NCBI GenBank assembly: GCA_020633315.1
Contig: JACKDV010000004.1
Location: 320,071 to 384,070, forward strand
Direction of reading: 5' to 3'
DNA length: 64,000 nucleotides
From: Myxococcales bacterium
Lineage (GTDB): Bacteria > Myxococcota_A > Polyangia > Nannocystales > Nannocystaceae
Shown: piece by piece, positions 28,671-38,170 of the stretch
How positions within the stretch are numbered: position 1 is the first letter of the stretch
How the letters are laid out: each line of letters starts with the position of its first letter
Translations under genes and position numbers: made by a program
The notes under the pieces: model-generated
Seen by the model: only the letters and a program-made list of their open reading frames with translations
Database searches by the model: none
What the model was told of the DNA's origin: nothing

Positions 28671-29798
28671 ATGATCTCGATCGTCGCGGCGCTCGGCCTC
28701 CTCGGGCCGATTCCAGGCTGCGGGCAGCTCATCATCGATCTCGTGCTCCGGCCCAGGGTCGACTTCGAGGCGCAGCCGCTGAGCCCTCGGCCGAGCTACG
28801 AGCAGACCGAGGCGTGGTTGGCCCACCCCAGCGTGGACGACCCGAGCGATCGGCTGCCCGAGGGGATCGAGCCGGTCCCCGACGCCGAGCGCCCCGCGGC
28901 TCTGTTCTTCGTCGCCCCCACCACCTGGTTCGGCAAGCAGGCATGGAATGACCCCCTCGACGACGACAAGACCCAGACCTTGACCCGCACCATGCTCGCC
29001 GGCGAGGCCTCGCCGTTCTCTGCGGCCGCGAGGATCTACGCTCCTCGCTACCGTCAGGCCACCGCGTACGCATTCACCGTGAGCAACGACGACGCCATCG
29101 CGGCCCGCGAGCTGGCGTATGGCGACGTGCTCGCCGCCTTCGACTACTTCGTGGAGCAGCTCGAGCCGGGACGCCCGTTCCTGCTCGCGAGCCACAGCCA
29201 GGGGACGGCGCACGCCATGCGCCTGATCGAGGAGCGCATCGCTGGCACTCCGCTCGCCGAGCGCTTCGTTGCGGGCTACCTGCTGGGCTACCGACTTCCC
29301 ACCGACGTCTTCTCGCGCACGATGCCGGGCATCGAGCCCTGCACCCGCCCCGGGCAGACCCGCTGCGTCGTCGCGTGGGATACGGTGGCCGAGGGTGCCG
29401 ACATGGCCCCTTCCGTGGGGCACCCGTACGCGGGGTCGTGGGAGCCGGAAGACGGCAAGGCGCCGACCTGCATCAACCCGCTGTCGTGGCGTGACGACAG
29501 CGCTCGGGTCGACGCCACCGAGCACGCAGGGGCCGTCCCAATCGACATGCGAGCGTTCTGGAAGGCGCTCCGCAAGAAGCGGCCTCGACTCGAGGTCCCC
29601 GATCCCCTGCCGGCCGTGCTGCCCCAGCGCATCAGCGCCCAGTGTCACGAGGGGCTGCTGTGGGTCTCGGACCCGGACGATCGGAGGTTCAAGCAGGTGG
29701 CCAAGAGCTACCACTCCTCGGACTTCTTGCTGTTCTGGCTGGACCTACGCCTCGACAGCACCGAGCGGGTGGAAGCCTGGCTCGGACGCGTCCCATGA
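28671..29798 (+). CDS. DUF3089-like alpha/beta-hydrolase (lipase-like) protein, 375 aa
   Basis: LASHSQGT nucleophile-elbow motif. The upstream part of the 770-aa ORF is a non-ATG start artefact. Confidence 0.6.
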   Translation: MISIVAALGLLGPIPGCGQLIIDLVLRPRVDFEAQPLSPRPSYEQTEAWLAHPSVDDPSDRLPEGIEPVPDAERPAALFFVAPTTWFGKQAWNDPLDDDKTQTLTRTMLAGEASPFSAAARIYAPRYRQATAYAFTVSNDDAIAARELAYGDVLAAFDYFVEQLEPGRPFLLASHSQGTAHAMRLIEERIAGTPLAERFVAGYLLGYRLPTDVFSRTMPGIEPCTRPGQTRCVVAWDTVAEGADMAPSVGHPYAGSWEPEDGKAPTCINPLSWRDDSARVDATEHAGAVPIDMRAFWKALRKKRPRLEVPDPLPAVLPQRISAQCHEGLLWVSDPDDRRFKQVAKSYHSSDFLLFWLDLRLDSTERVEAWLGRVP

Positions 29799-29834
29799 CC
29801 GCCTTGCCGCGGCCCGCTGCCACCCGCGCCGCGG

Positions 29835-31004
29835 CTAGCCGAAGCGAACGCTGTAGATCGGCGGCAGGTTGTTGGCCACCGTCTGCCAGTGCTCGCCGCG
29901 GTCCTCGCTGATGTAGAGGTTGCCCGTGGTGCTGCCGAAGGCGAGGCGATCGCCGTCGCACGCGAGCGCGTGCCGGTACACCACGTCGTAGGCGTTCTGC
30001 TGGGGCAGCCCCTGGCGCTGCGCCTGCCAGCTGCGACCACCGTCGGTGGTGCGGGCCACGAACAGGCCGCCGTCGATCGCCATGCGCTGGGCGTCGGCCT
30101 TGCCGGGCACGACCCACGCGGTCCGGCCTTCGCGGGGGTCGACCGCCACCGGGAAGCCGAAGTGCACGCCCTGCTCGGGCTGGCTGACCTTGGACCAGGT
30201 GGCCGCGCCGTCGGAGCTGTAGAACACGCCACAGTGGTTCTGCTGCCACATGTGGTCGGGGTCGCCGGCGCACAGCTCCACGTAGTGCGGGTCGTGACCC
30301 CACTCGGCGTCGGGATCGGGCAGGTAGTCCATCATCAGCCCCTTGTTGCGGCTGCGCCAGCTCTGGCCGCCGTCGGTGCTCTCGAGCACGCCCGCGGTGG
30401 AGATGGCCACCAGGATGCGCTCGGGTCGACGCGGATCGACCACGATCGAGTGGATCCCCGGGGCGAACTCGCCTCCCTCGGACGCGGGCGTGCCGAACCA
30501 CGCGGTGCGACCGCTGCCGTCGCCCGCGAACAGATCGCCGCCCCGCGACTCGTGGTTCCACAGCGGGAGGTTGAGCTCGAAGCTCTCGCCGCCGTCGCGG
30601 CTGACGAACAGGCCCCCGGGGATCGTGCCCACGTAGATCCGCCCGTCCCCACCGAAGGCGAGGATCCACAGCTTGAGCACGGTGGCGTCCAGGTAGCGCA
30701 CCCGGGTGTCGTCCTCGATGGTGGGATCGGGAGGCGCGATGTAGCGGGCCCCCTCGGGGTACTTGATCTGAGCGGCGTCCTCCCAGGTGGCACCATCGTC
30801 GGTCGAGCGCGACAGCTTGGCCCCCCAGTGGCCGTGGCCCAGCGCCGCCCACAGCGTGCCCGTGTTGGGATCGCGGGCGACGAAGTTGGAGCCCGCCCCC
30901 GCGTGGCCGCTGAGCTGGGGGACCCATCGGTCCTCGGACCGACGCACGATGAAGGTTCCCTTGCGGGTTCCCAGGAGGATCGATGTGGTCTGCACGATGC
31001 TCAA
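29835..31004 (-). CDS. BNR/Asp-box repeat beta-propeller protein (sialidase/Ycf48-like), 389 aa
   Basis: Repeated Asp-box-like motifs (STDDGATWED, SRDGGESFE, STDGGQSWRS, SSDGAATWSK, TTDGGRSWQA, SEDRGEHWQT). Confidence 0.75.
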   Translation of the reverse strand: MSIVQTTSILLGTRKGTFIVRRSEDRWVPQLSGHAGAGSNFVARDPNTGTLWAALGHGHWGAKLSRSTDDGATWEDAAQIKYPEGARYIAPPDPTIEDDTRVRYLDATVLKLWILAFGGDGRIYVGTIPGGLFVSRDGGESFELNLPLWNHESRGGDLFAGDGSGRTAWFGTPASEGGEFAPGIHSIVVDPRRPERILVAISTAGVLESTDGGQSWRSRNKGLMMDYLPDPDAEWGHDPHYVELCAGDPDHMWQQNHCGVFYSSDGAATWSKVSQPEQGVHFGFPVAVDPREGRTAWVVPGKADAQRMAIDGGLFVARTTDGGRSWQAQRQGLPQQNAYDVVYRHALACDGDRLAFGSTTGNLYISEDRGEHWQTVANNLPPIYSVRFG

Positions 31005-31279
31005 CCTCCACTGAGGGCCTGCGCGATGAACACGCGCGAGTCGGGGCCCACCGGATCGCTCAGCCGGCGACGATCCGCGATCATCTCGTCGCCGACGAAG
31101 ACGTTGACGTGCCGGCGCAGCCGGCCTCGCTCGTCACACACGTAGAAGGCAAAGCCCGGCGCCATGGCCTCGAGCCGGTCGATCACCTCGGCCACCGTGC
31201 TCGCCTCCACGAGCAGCTCCCGCCCGGCGAGGACGGGGAAGAAGGCATGCAGGTGGGTGGTGAGCTCGACCTTGGTCAT
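31001..31279 (-). CDS. MoaD/ThiS-family ubiquitin-like beta-grasp protein ending in Gly-Gly, 92 aa
   Basis: MTKVELTTHLHAFFP...RRHVNVFVGDEMIADRRRLSDPVGPDSRVFIAQALSGG* has a MoaD/ThiS-like length and topology with a C-terminal GG. The stop overlaps the start of the downstream BNR gene (ATGA). Confidence 0.6.
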   Translation of the reverse strand: MTKVELTTHLHAFFPVLAGRELLVEASTVAEVIDRLEAMAPGFAFYVCDERGRLRRHVNVFVGDEMIADRRRLSDPVGPDSRVFIAQALSGG

Positions 31280-31404
31280 CGCAGAGCGCGCGGCGCGGGG
31301 ACGCCCGCTGATTGGACCACCCTCGCGGGCGGAATTCATCGGTCGGGGGCCCTAGGAATTTCGAGAAAAGAGGCCCGCGAGCGGCGGACGATGCGCTACC
31401 CCGC

Positions 31405-32229
31405 TCAGGCGGGCAGGGGCTCGACCCCGGTGATGTCGCAGCTCAGCTCGTAGAACCGGCGGCACAGGGTCTCGTCGGAGGCCGCGGGGCTGCGCGGCGC
31501 GACCTTGGAGTGGGAGAAGTACTGGCCGGTGACCCCCTCCACCTCGGGGCTCAGGGCGAGGAACACCGAGGTCTCGGAGGCCTTGGCCGGGCTGTCGTGG
31601 CCCTCCATCTGGAAGCCCTGGGTGAGCAGCTTGGTGGAGACCACCCCGGGGTGGAGCGCATTGACGGTGATCCCCACCCCCAGGCGCGCGGCGAGCTCGA
31701 CGGTGAACAGCACGTTGGCCAGCTTCGACGCCGCGTAGGCCCCGTAGTGGGTGAAGCCGTGGGTGAGCTGGATGTCCTCGAGGTCGATGGTGCCGCGGGT
31801 GTGGGCGATGGAGCTGACGTTGACGATGCGAGCCCCGCCCGCCCGCTGGAGCGCCGGCAGCAGGCGGTGGGTGAGCAGGAAGGGGGCGAAGTGGTTGACC
31901 GCCATCGTCAGCTCGAGCAGGTCCTCGCTGAGCTTGCGCTCGCGCGCGTAGATCCCCGCGTTGTTGAGCAGCACCTGCAGCGGCTCGTCCCGCGCCAGCA
32001 GCTCGTCGGCCATGCCCCGCACCGAGTCGAGCGAGGCGAGGTCGGCCACCACCGGCGCGGGCTGGGGCCGCCCGCCCAGCGCCTGCAGCTCGTCGTGGGC
32101 CTCGGCCGCCTTGGTCGCGCTGCGTCCGTGCACGATCACCCGCGCGCCTCGCCGCACGAGCTGGCGCGCGGTCTCACGGCCGATGCCGTCGGTGGATCCG
32201 GTGACGAGGACGAGCGGAGAGTCGGTCAT
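31405..32229 (-). CDS. Short-chain dehydrogenase/reductase (SDR) family oxidoreductase, 274 aa
   Basis: TGSTDGIGRETARQL (TGxxxGIG cofactor motif); NAG motif; YAASK catalytic motif. Confidence 0.85.
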   Translation of the reverse strand: MTDSPLVLVTGSTDGIGRETARQLVRRGARVIVHGRSATKAAEAHDELQALGGRPQPAPVVADLASLDSVRGMADELLARDEPLQVLLNNAGIYARERKLSEDLLELTMAVNHFAPFLLTHRLLPALQRAGGARIVNVSSIAHTRGTIDLEDIQLTHGFTHYGAYAASKLANVLFTVELAARLGVGITVNALHPGVVSTKLLTQGFQMEGHDSPAKASETSVFLALSPEVEGVTGQYFSHSKVAPRSPAASDETLCRRFYELSCDITGVEPLPA

Positions 32230-32600
32230 GGTGCCGGCGATGATGCCAGTCCCACGCACGAAGGAGGCCCGCGACCCGGAGACCATCGCTGGTCGTCATC
32301 GGGAAGCGGGCCCGGGGGCCGAGCGGCTCGGCCGAGGAATTGGAAGCGCACGCGATCGGAAGGAGCAGCGGAGCGGCAGGATCGCAGAGCAGAGCGGGGA
32401 GCCGGGCAGCGTGCGCGACCGTCACCTTGTCACCGCCGCCGCCCGCCGGTCAAGGAAGCGGCGAATCGCCGAGGGTCCACCGCCCGCGAACGTGGGCCAG
32501 CCCAACCTCCATGCACGAAGGGGTCGCGCTCCAAGGAGCCGCGCTCCCCAGCGCTTGATCTTCTCGGGATCCTCGATTCGAGCCACTCGAGCGGTCGGGA

Positions 32601-34367
32601 TCAGGGCTCGTCGCTCGGCGAGGGCTCCGTGCCGCCGGGCTCGTTGGCCGCGACGGCCTCGTTGGCCGCGACGGCCTCGTTGGCCGCCGTCGCCTCGTTG
32701 GCGGCGCCGGCCTCCTCGACCTCGGCCGCCATCCCGATGCCCTCGCGAGGCTCGGTCTCGCTCGCGCTCGCATCGGCGACCGCCTCCGCGGCCTCGCCGT
32801 CGTCCGCCTCGTCCGAGCCACCGTCGTCCGAGCCACCGTCGTCCGCCTCGCCGTCCGAGCCGTCGTCGTCGGGCTCGGGATCCGGCTCGAGCTCGGCCTC
32901 GAGCGCGCGGGCGCGGGGCTCGGCCCCTCGCTCCTGCCGACAGCGATCGCACATGCGATCGAGCGGCAGCGGATCGGAGGGGCTCGGCTCCACGGCCACC
33001 AGCCCCTCTCGATAGAACCACACGCCGTCGCACAGCGGCACCACGCAGGGCATCACCTCCATGCCCGCGACCGACTCCACGTCGACCAGCAGCGCGCCGC
33101 CCTTGCTGCACTCGTCGCACAGCCGGATCGGATCCTGGCGTCGCCCCGCGAGGAAGTCCTGGAGCTGGGCGCCCGTCTTGTAGGTCCAGGTTCGCTCGCA
33201 GCCCGGGCGCCCGCACGCGACCTCGCGATCGGGGTGCGAGCGGCAGAACTCCCGGCAGGTGTCGCACATGCGCCGGGGCAGCGACGGCTCGGCGTCGAGA
33301 TCCTCGGTGTGCAGCAGGGCCCACGCCCGCAGCTGCACCTCGCGATCGAGGGTGACCGTGCGGGTGCAGCCGTGCACCTTGCAGGGAGCCTCGCGGGGCT
33401 CGAGCCGAGCGAGCTTGTCCTGACACGGCCCGCACAGCCGCGGCGGCGGCTCGTGGATGTCGGGACGCCGACGCCGGCGATTCCGACGACCTCGCCGCTT
33501 GCCGCCCCCGCGGCCAGAGGCTGGCTCGGCCGCGTCTTCCTCGGCTTGACGACGCGCCCACACGCGGTGCTTGAGCTGCGCATCGCGGGTCCAGGTCCAG
33601 TGACGGCCGCAGCCCTCGAGCCGACACGGCACCTCGCGGTCGGCGAGGTCCTTCTCCTCGGCGATGCAGTGCGGGCAGACCTTGCGCGGCGGCTCGACCG
33701 TGCCCCCCGTGCGCTGCATCGCCTTGCGCTGCATCGCCGTGGTCCAGGTCCAGGTGTGCTCACAGCCCGGGTTGGCGCAGGGCAGCTCGCGATCCTCGAT
33801 CGACGAGAGCGCGGCCCGGTGCTCGTTGCACATGCGCTTGGGCGGCGGCTGGCCGAACGCCTGCATCTGCTCCTGGGCCGTCCACGACCAGGTGTTGGGG
33901 CAGCCGTCGATCATGCACGGCACCTGGCGCTCGTCGAGGTGGCTGAACAGCCCGGCCGCGAGGGCCTGCCACGGCGCGGCCGCATCGTTGGGCGCAGCCT
34001 CGGGGGCTGGTCCCTCGGAGGTCGGTGCCACCTCGGCCGCGGGCGAGCCCTCGCCGGCGCGCGCCTCGGGGCCGCTGCCCTTGCGGCGTCCGCGTCGGCG
34101 CCTCCGCTTGCGCCGCGGGCCCTCCGAGGCATCACCGCCATCGGCGCCACCACGGGGCTCGGCCTCTTGCTCGTTGTTCCGCTCGCCTTCCACGCGCTGC
34201 TCTCTTCGACGGCCAAGCACACGGACCGCGAGCCCGACGACCGGCGAGGCAGTATCCCCCCACGATTTCGCGGCGTAAAGGGGTTCGATCCGGCCTGCGG
34301 CGCCCCGCCGACGTCGGCGAGCCACGCCCGCGGCGAAAAACGCCACGGGCGCCCACCGTGACCCCAC
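32601..34367 (-). CDS. Zinc-ribbon repeat protein, 588 aa. It has six ~60-aa modules of the form PC..GC...WTW....Q...C..C, an Arg-rich N-terminus and an acidic, repetitive C-terminal tail.
   Basis: Repeated modules (PCMIDGCPNTWSWTAQEQ, PCANPGCEHTWTWTTAMQ, PCRLEGCGRHWTWTRDAQ, PCKVHGCTRTVTLDREVQ, ACGRPGCERTWTYKTGAQ, ...). An 18-bp DNA tandem repeat (GCCGCGACGGCCTCGTTG) near 32640-32710 encodes EAVAAN repeats. Confidence 0.6.
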   Translation of the reverse strand: MGSRWAPVAFFAAGVARRRRRGAAGRIEPLYAAKSWGDTASPVVGLAVRVLGRRREQRVEGERNNEQEAEPRGGADGGDASEGPRRKRRRRRGRRKGSGPEARAGEGSPAAEVAPTSEGPAPEAAPNDAAAPWQALAAGLFSHLDERQVPCMIDGCPNTWSWTAQEQMQAFGQPPPKRMCNEHRAALSSIEDRELPCANPGCEHTWTWTTAMQRKAMQRTGGTVEPPRKVCPHCIAEEKDLADREVPCRLEGCGRHWTWTRDAQLKHRVWARRQAEEDAAEPASGRGGGKRRGRRNRRRRRPDIHEPPPRLCGPCQDKLARLEPREAPCKVHGCTRTVTLDREVQLRAWALLHTEDLDAEPSLPRRMCDTCREFCRSHPDREVACGRPGCERTWTYKTGAQLQDFLAGRRQDPIRLCDECSKGGALLVDVESVAGMEVMPCVVPLCDGVWFYREGLVAVEPSPSDPLPLDRMCDRCRQERGAEPRARALEAELEPDPEPDDDGSDGEADDGGSDDGGSDEADDGEAAEAVADASASETEPREGIGMAAEVEEAGAANEATAANEAVAANEAVAANEPGGTEPSPSDEP

Positions 34368-34385
34368 CCTATACTGGGCGCGCCC

Positions 34386-34640
34386 ATGATCGAGATCCTC
34401 GTCGGAGCCCTCGTCGCCGGCGGCACCTACCTTGCCGCCAAGAAGAAGAAGGCCTCCACCGGCAAGTCCGTGGCCGCAGCCGCAGCCACCGGCGTGGCCT
34501 CGGGCGCAGCCACCGCGGCGACGCTGTTCGTGCTCTCGGCGATGTGGCCCCTGCTGCTCATCGGCGGCGTGGCCGGGGGCGCGTACTACCTGGGCAAGAA
34601 GAAATCGCTCAAGGCCCTGCCGCCCTCGTCCAGCGGCTGA
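34386..34640 (+). CDS. Small membrane protein (84 aa, two TM segments, Lys-rich loops)
   Basis: Hydrophobic segments IEILVGALVAGGTYLAA and LFVLSAMWPLLLIGGVAGGAYYL. TATACT-like -10 element upstream. Confidence 0.45.
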   Translation: MIEILVGALVAGGTYLAAKKKKASTGKSVAAAAATGVASGAATAATLFVLSAMWPLLLIGGVAGGAYYLGKKKSLKALPPSSSG

Positions 34641-34669
34641 GTGGCGCGGCCTCCTCGGACCCGCGGCCT

Positions 34670-35491
34670 TCAGGCAATCCAGCCGAGGTACACGTAGACG
34701 ACGGGCGCCACGTAGACCATCGCGTCGATGCGGTCGAGCATGCCGCCGTGTCCGGGCAGCAGGTTGCTCGAGTCCTTGACCCCGAAGGTCCGCTTGATCA
34801 TCGACTCCACCAGATCACCGGCCTGGCCGCAGACGTTGGCCACCAGCCCCAGCCCCAGCGCATGGGCGATGGGCAGCTCGGGAGCCAGCCACAGCGAGCC
34901 CAGGCCCACCGTGGCGAGCAGCGAGCCCAGCACGCCGCCGAACGCCCCCTGGATGGTCTTCTTGGGGCTGACCGCCTCGTAGAGCTTGTGCTTGCCGAAC
35001 GCACGCCCGAAGAAGTAGGCGACGGTGTCGGAGAAGAACGCGATCGCCAGGGTGATCACGATCCAGTGCGGCTTGCCCATCTGCTTGAGCAGCGGCACCA
35101 CGCTCATCAGCAGCGGCACGTAGACCAGGCCCGAGAGGCACACGCCGAAGTGGCGGCCCGCGTCGGGGAGCTGGGCGGGGCGGGCCAGCGCCGAGAAGCC
35201 GACGGCGATGGCCGAGAGCATCAGCAGCGGCGCCAGCACCCGCCCGGGGTCGAAGGCCACCGGCAGCACCACCATCGCCACCGCGAGCAGCCCGGTCACC
35301 ACGCGCAGCAGGCCGCCCCGATCCGCGTCGGTCACGGGCAGGGCCATGCGCAGGTACTCGTCCATGCTCACCCACGCCACCGCGGCCGCGAACACCGTGA
35401 CCGCCCACGGGGTGGGATCGAGGTAGATCGCGGCCAGCACCACCGGCACCAGCACCGCGGCCGTGGCCACCCGCTTGGCGAGGTTACCCAC
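34670..35491 (-). CDS. cdsA: Phosphatidate cytidylyltransferase (CDP-diglyceride synthetase)
   Basis: C-terminal signature SPKKTIQGAFGGVLGS...GHGGMLDRIDAMVYVAPVVY. GTG start inferred 2 bp after the uppS stop. Confidence 0.75.
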   Translation of the reverse strand: MGNLAKRVATAAVLVPVVLAAIYLDPTPWAVTVFAAAVAWVSMDEYLRMALPVTDADRGGLLRVVTGLLAVAMVVLPVAFDPGRVLAPLLMLSAIAVGFSALARPAQLPDAGRHFGVCLSGLVYVPLLMSVVPLLKQMGKPHWIVITLAIAFFSDTVAYFFGRAFGKHKLYEAVSPKKTIQGAFGGVLGSLLATVGLGSLWLAPELPIAHALGLGLVANVCGQAGDLVESMIKRTFGVKDSSNLLPGHGGMLDRIDAMVYVAPVVYVYLGWIA

Positions 35492-35493
35492 GG

Positions 35494-36297
35494 CTACCCA
35501 CTGCTGGAGGCCGCCGAGGTGCCCTCTTCGTCCCCCGCCGCGGGGCGGGCGGGCAACCGGGCGATCTGATCCGAGGTGAGGCCGAAGCGGCGCTCCCGGC
35601 TCCCGAAGTCCCGCAGGGCCGCCTCGAGGTCGGCGCGCTCGAACTCGGGCCAGAGCTTCTCGGTGAAGTGCAGCTCCGCGTACGCGATCTCCCACAGGAA
35701 GAAGTTGGAGATCCGGTGCTCGCCGCTGGTGCGGATGAGCAGGTCCATCGGCGGCAGGAGGTTGGAGGACTCGAGGTAGGAGCCGAACACCTCGGGGTCG
35801 ACGGTGGCCGGGTCGAGCTTGCCCGCCACCGCGGCCCGGCACATGGCCGCCGCCGCCTTGGCGATCATCTCGCGGCCGCCGTAGCTCAGCGCGAGGCACA
35901 GCACCATGTCGTCGTTGTCCGCCGAGGCGCTCATCAGCTCCACCAGCGGCGAGCGGACGTAGTCGGGCAGGCGCTGGGTGTCTCCCACCGTGGTGAGGCG
36001 GATGCCGTTGTCGAGGATCTCCGACCGCTCCTGGATCAGGTAGCGGCGCAGCAGCTGCATGAGGTGGAAGACCTCCTCGGGCGGCCGATCCCAGTTCTGG
36101 CTGGAGAACGCGAACAGGGTCAGCGCCTGCACCCCGATCTTGCGCGCGGCTCGCACCACCGTGCGCACCGAGTCGGCCCCCCGAGCATGGCCCTCCTCGC
36201 GAGGCAGCCCGCGAGAGCGAGCCCAGCGGCCGTTCCCGTCCATGATGATGCCGACATGACGGGGCAGCGGGCCCGGGATGGACTCGAGGTCGGACAT
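35494..36297 (-). CDS. uppS: Undecaprenyl-diphosphate synthase (cis-isoprenyl transferase)
   Basis: HVGIIMDGNGRWA and LTLFAFSSQNWDRP motifs. Classic uppS-cdsA gene order. Confidence 0.9.
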   Translation of the reverse strand: MSDLESIPGPLPRHVGIIMDGNGRWARSRGLPREEGHARGADSVRTVVRAARKIGVQALTLFAFSSQNWDRPPEEVFHLMQLLRRYLIQERSEILDNGIRLTTVGDTQRLPDYVRSPLVELMSASADNDDMVLCLALSYGGREMIAKAAAAMCRAAVAGKLDPATVDPEVFGSYLESSNLLPPMDLLIRTSGEHRISNFFLWEIAYAELHFTEKLWPEFERADLEAALRDFGSRERRFGLTSDQIARLPARPAAGDEEGTSAASSSG

Positions 36298-36598
36298 GCT
36301 AGTGCGGCGAGATACCACGGGGCCCGACCCCGGAAAAGCCCTACTCCGGCACGGATGCCGTGGACGGCCCGCTCGTGGGAGCGGACGGACCGGACGGGGG
36401 CTCGAGCGGCGACCGACCGAAGGGCCGAGCGCGAGAGATCACACCCGGAATGTGCGCTCCTGGATCGGGGTTGGGGGCCCGTCTCGCGCGATCCCTCGCT
36501 TGCCGCGCTTCTTCGCCCTGGCTTAACCTGCGGGCCCCGCGGCGAGACGCCTCGCCTCCTGCACTCCAACCGGGACCATCCTGGGGAAAGCGACCAGC

Positions 36599-37033
36599 AT
36601 GAGCAGCGTCGAAGACCTCGATTCCTTCTTCATTCAGACCGGTCTTCAGTACGAGCAGATCGGCAAGAGCACCTGGGTCATCACCCCCGACAGCGCGCAT
36701 CCGGCACAGATCGGCGTCAGCGCCGACCCTCCCGTGGTCGTGTTCTCGATCGTGATGTTCACCCTCGGCGGGCAAGAGGAGGACCACGAGGGTCTGTTCC
36801 GCTGCCTGCTCGAGCTCAACGCCGAGCTGCTCCACTCCTCGTACTCCCTACAGGGTGATAGAGTCGTTCTGTCCGGGGCGCAGCAGCTGGAGAACCTCGA
36901 CTTCAACGAGTTCCAGGCCATGATCGACGACATGTGCATGGCGCTGGACAACCACTGGGACAAGCTCGCAACCTGGGGCCGACCCGCGAGCCAGAGCCAG
37001 GACACCGGCGCGGCCGCCGAGGGGAGCGCGTAG
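36599..37033 (+). CDS. YbjN-like putative chaperone or sensory-transduction regulator, 144 aa
   Basis: YbjN-family fold pattern and the conserved position immediately upstream of pspA. Confidence 0.45.
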   Translation: MSSVEDLDSFFIQTGLQYEQIGKSTWVITPDSAHPAQIGVSADPPVVVFSIVMFTLGGQEEDHEGLFRCLLELNAELLHSSYSLQGDRVVLSGAQQLENLDFNEFQAMIDDMCMALDNHWDKLATWGRPASQSQDTGAAAEGSA

Positions 37034-37034
37034 C

Positions 37035-37871
37035 ATGGGACTGTTTTCACGGCTGGGCACGCTGATCCGCTCGAACATCAACGAGCTGATCAACAAGGCC
37101 GAGGACCCCGAGAAGATGCTCAATCAGGTCCTCGTCGACATGAAGTCGCAGTTGATCGAGGCCAAGAAGCAGGTCGCGGTCGCGATCGCCGACGAGAAGC
37201 GCCTCAAGAAGCAGTACCAGCAGGAGGCCGCCAAGGCGGCGGAGTGGGAGCGCAAGGCGATGCTGGCCATCAAGGCCGGCGACGACAACCTCGCCAAGGC
37301 CGCGCTGGCGCGCAAGGGCGAGCACGACGAGGTCGCCGAGACCCTCAAGCAGCAGTGGGAGGCGCAAAAGCAGTCGGTCGAGCAGCTCAAGCTCGCCCTG
37401 CGCGGCCTCGACACCAAGATCGAGGAAGCCAAGCGCAAGCGCAACATCCTGGTCTCGCGGCAGAAGCGGGCCGAGGCGCAGCGCACGATCAACGAGACCC
37501 TCTCCAACATCAACTCCACCTCGGCGTTCGACACCTTCGAGCGCATGTCCGATCGCGTCACCCAGCTCGAGGCCGAGGCCGAGGCCACGGCCGAGATCGG
37601 CGGTGCCCTGCCCGAGGCCTCGCTCGAGTCGCAGTTCAAGGCGCTCGAGGCCAGCACCGGGGTGGACGACGAGCTCGCCCGCCTCAAGAACAAGATGGCC
37701 CTGCAGGCGGCCGAGGAGGAGCGCAAGGCGATCGGCGGCAGGGTGGACGAGCCTGCTCCCAGCGCCAGCACGGCCGACGTCGCGAGCGACGAGGAGGTCG
37801 AGAGCGCCTCCAAGGCGGCCGAGATCGACGCGCAGCTCGAGGAGCTCAAGCGCAAGCTCGCCGACGCGTAG
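37035..37871 (+). CDS. pspA: PspA/IM30 family (phage-shock protein A-like) protein, 278 aa
   Basis: The N-terminus MGLFSRLGTLIRSNINELINKAEDPEKMLNQVLVDMKSQL is the canonical PspA/Vipp1 start, followed by long coiled-coil heptads. Confidence 0.9.
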   Translation: MGLFSRLGTLIRSNINELINKAEDPEKMLNQVLVDMKSQLIEAKKQVAVAIADEKRLKKQYQQEAAKAAEWERKAMLAIKAGDDNLAKAALARKGEHDEVAETLKQQWEAQKQSVEQLKLALRGLDTKIEEAKRKRNILVSRQKRAEAQRTINETLSNINSTSAFDTFERMSDRVTQLEAEAEATAEIGGALPEASLESQFKALEASTGVDDELARLKNKMALQAAEEERKAIGGRVDEPAPSASTADVASDEEVESASKAAEIDAQLEELKRKLADA

Positions 37872-37879
37872 CGACGTCC

Positions 37880-38095
37880 ATGCCCCCCGCGGTCAGCGGG
37901 GGCGGACGGTGCACCACGCTTCCCCCCGCAAGCGGGGGGATCTCGTCGCCTTCGGAGGGACGAGCGCGGCTCGGCGGTCGTCCCTTCCGCGTCCACGAAC
38001 CCTCGAGCTTTGGTGAGCGGAAGGCCCGGTGTGAGGAGCAGGCCATCGGAGGGGACGAGCGCGGCTCGGCGGTCGTCCCTTCCGCGTCCACGGTG
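37880..38095. repeat. Intergenic repeat and hairpin element downstream of pspA. It has two GC-rich hairpins (CCCCCGC-ggtca-GCGGGGG and CCCCCCGCaaGCGGGGGG) followed by a 44-bp direct repeat (GGAGGG(G)ACGAGCGCGGCTCGGCGGTCGTCCCTTCCGCGTCCACG), each copy containing its own inverted repeat.
   Basis: Read directly: copies near 37954-37997 and 38048-38092. Likely a terminator plus a REP-like element. Confidence 0.7.
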
Positions 38096-38170
38096 TCGCG
38101 CTCACGCCCGGCGGGTCGCGGGAGGCAAGGACGGCAGGAAACGATCGGAGGGCTCGGGGGTGGGCATCGC

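Noticed and set aside
27486-29798. 770-aa ORF
   Set aside because: It is extended 5' by a non-ATG start through low-complexity sequence and across the convergent hydrolase gene. The real start is taken at the ATG at 28671.
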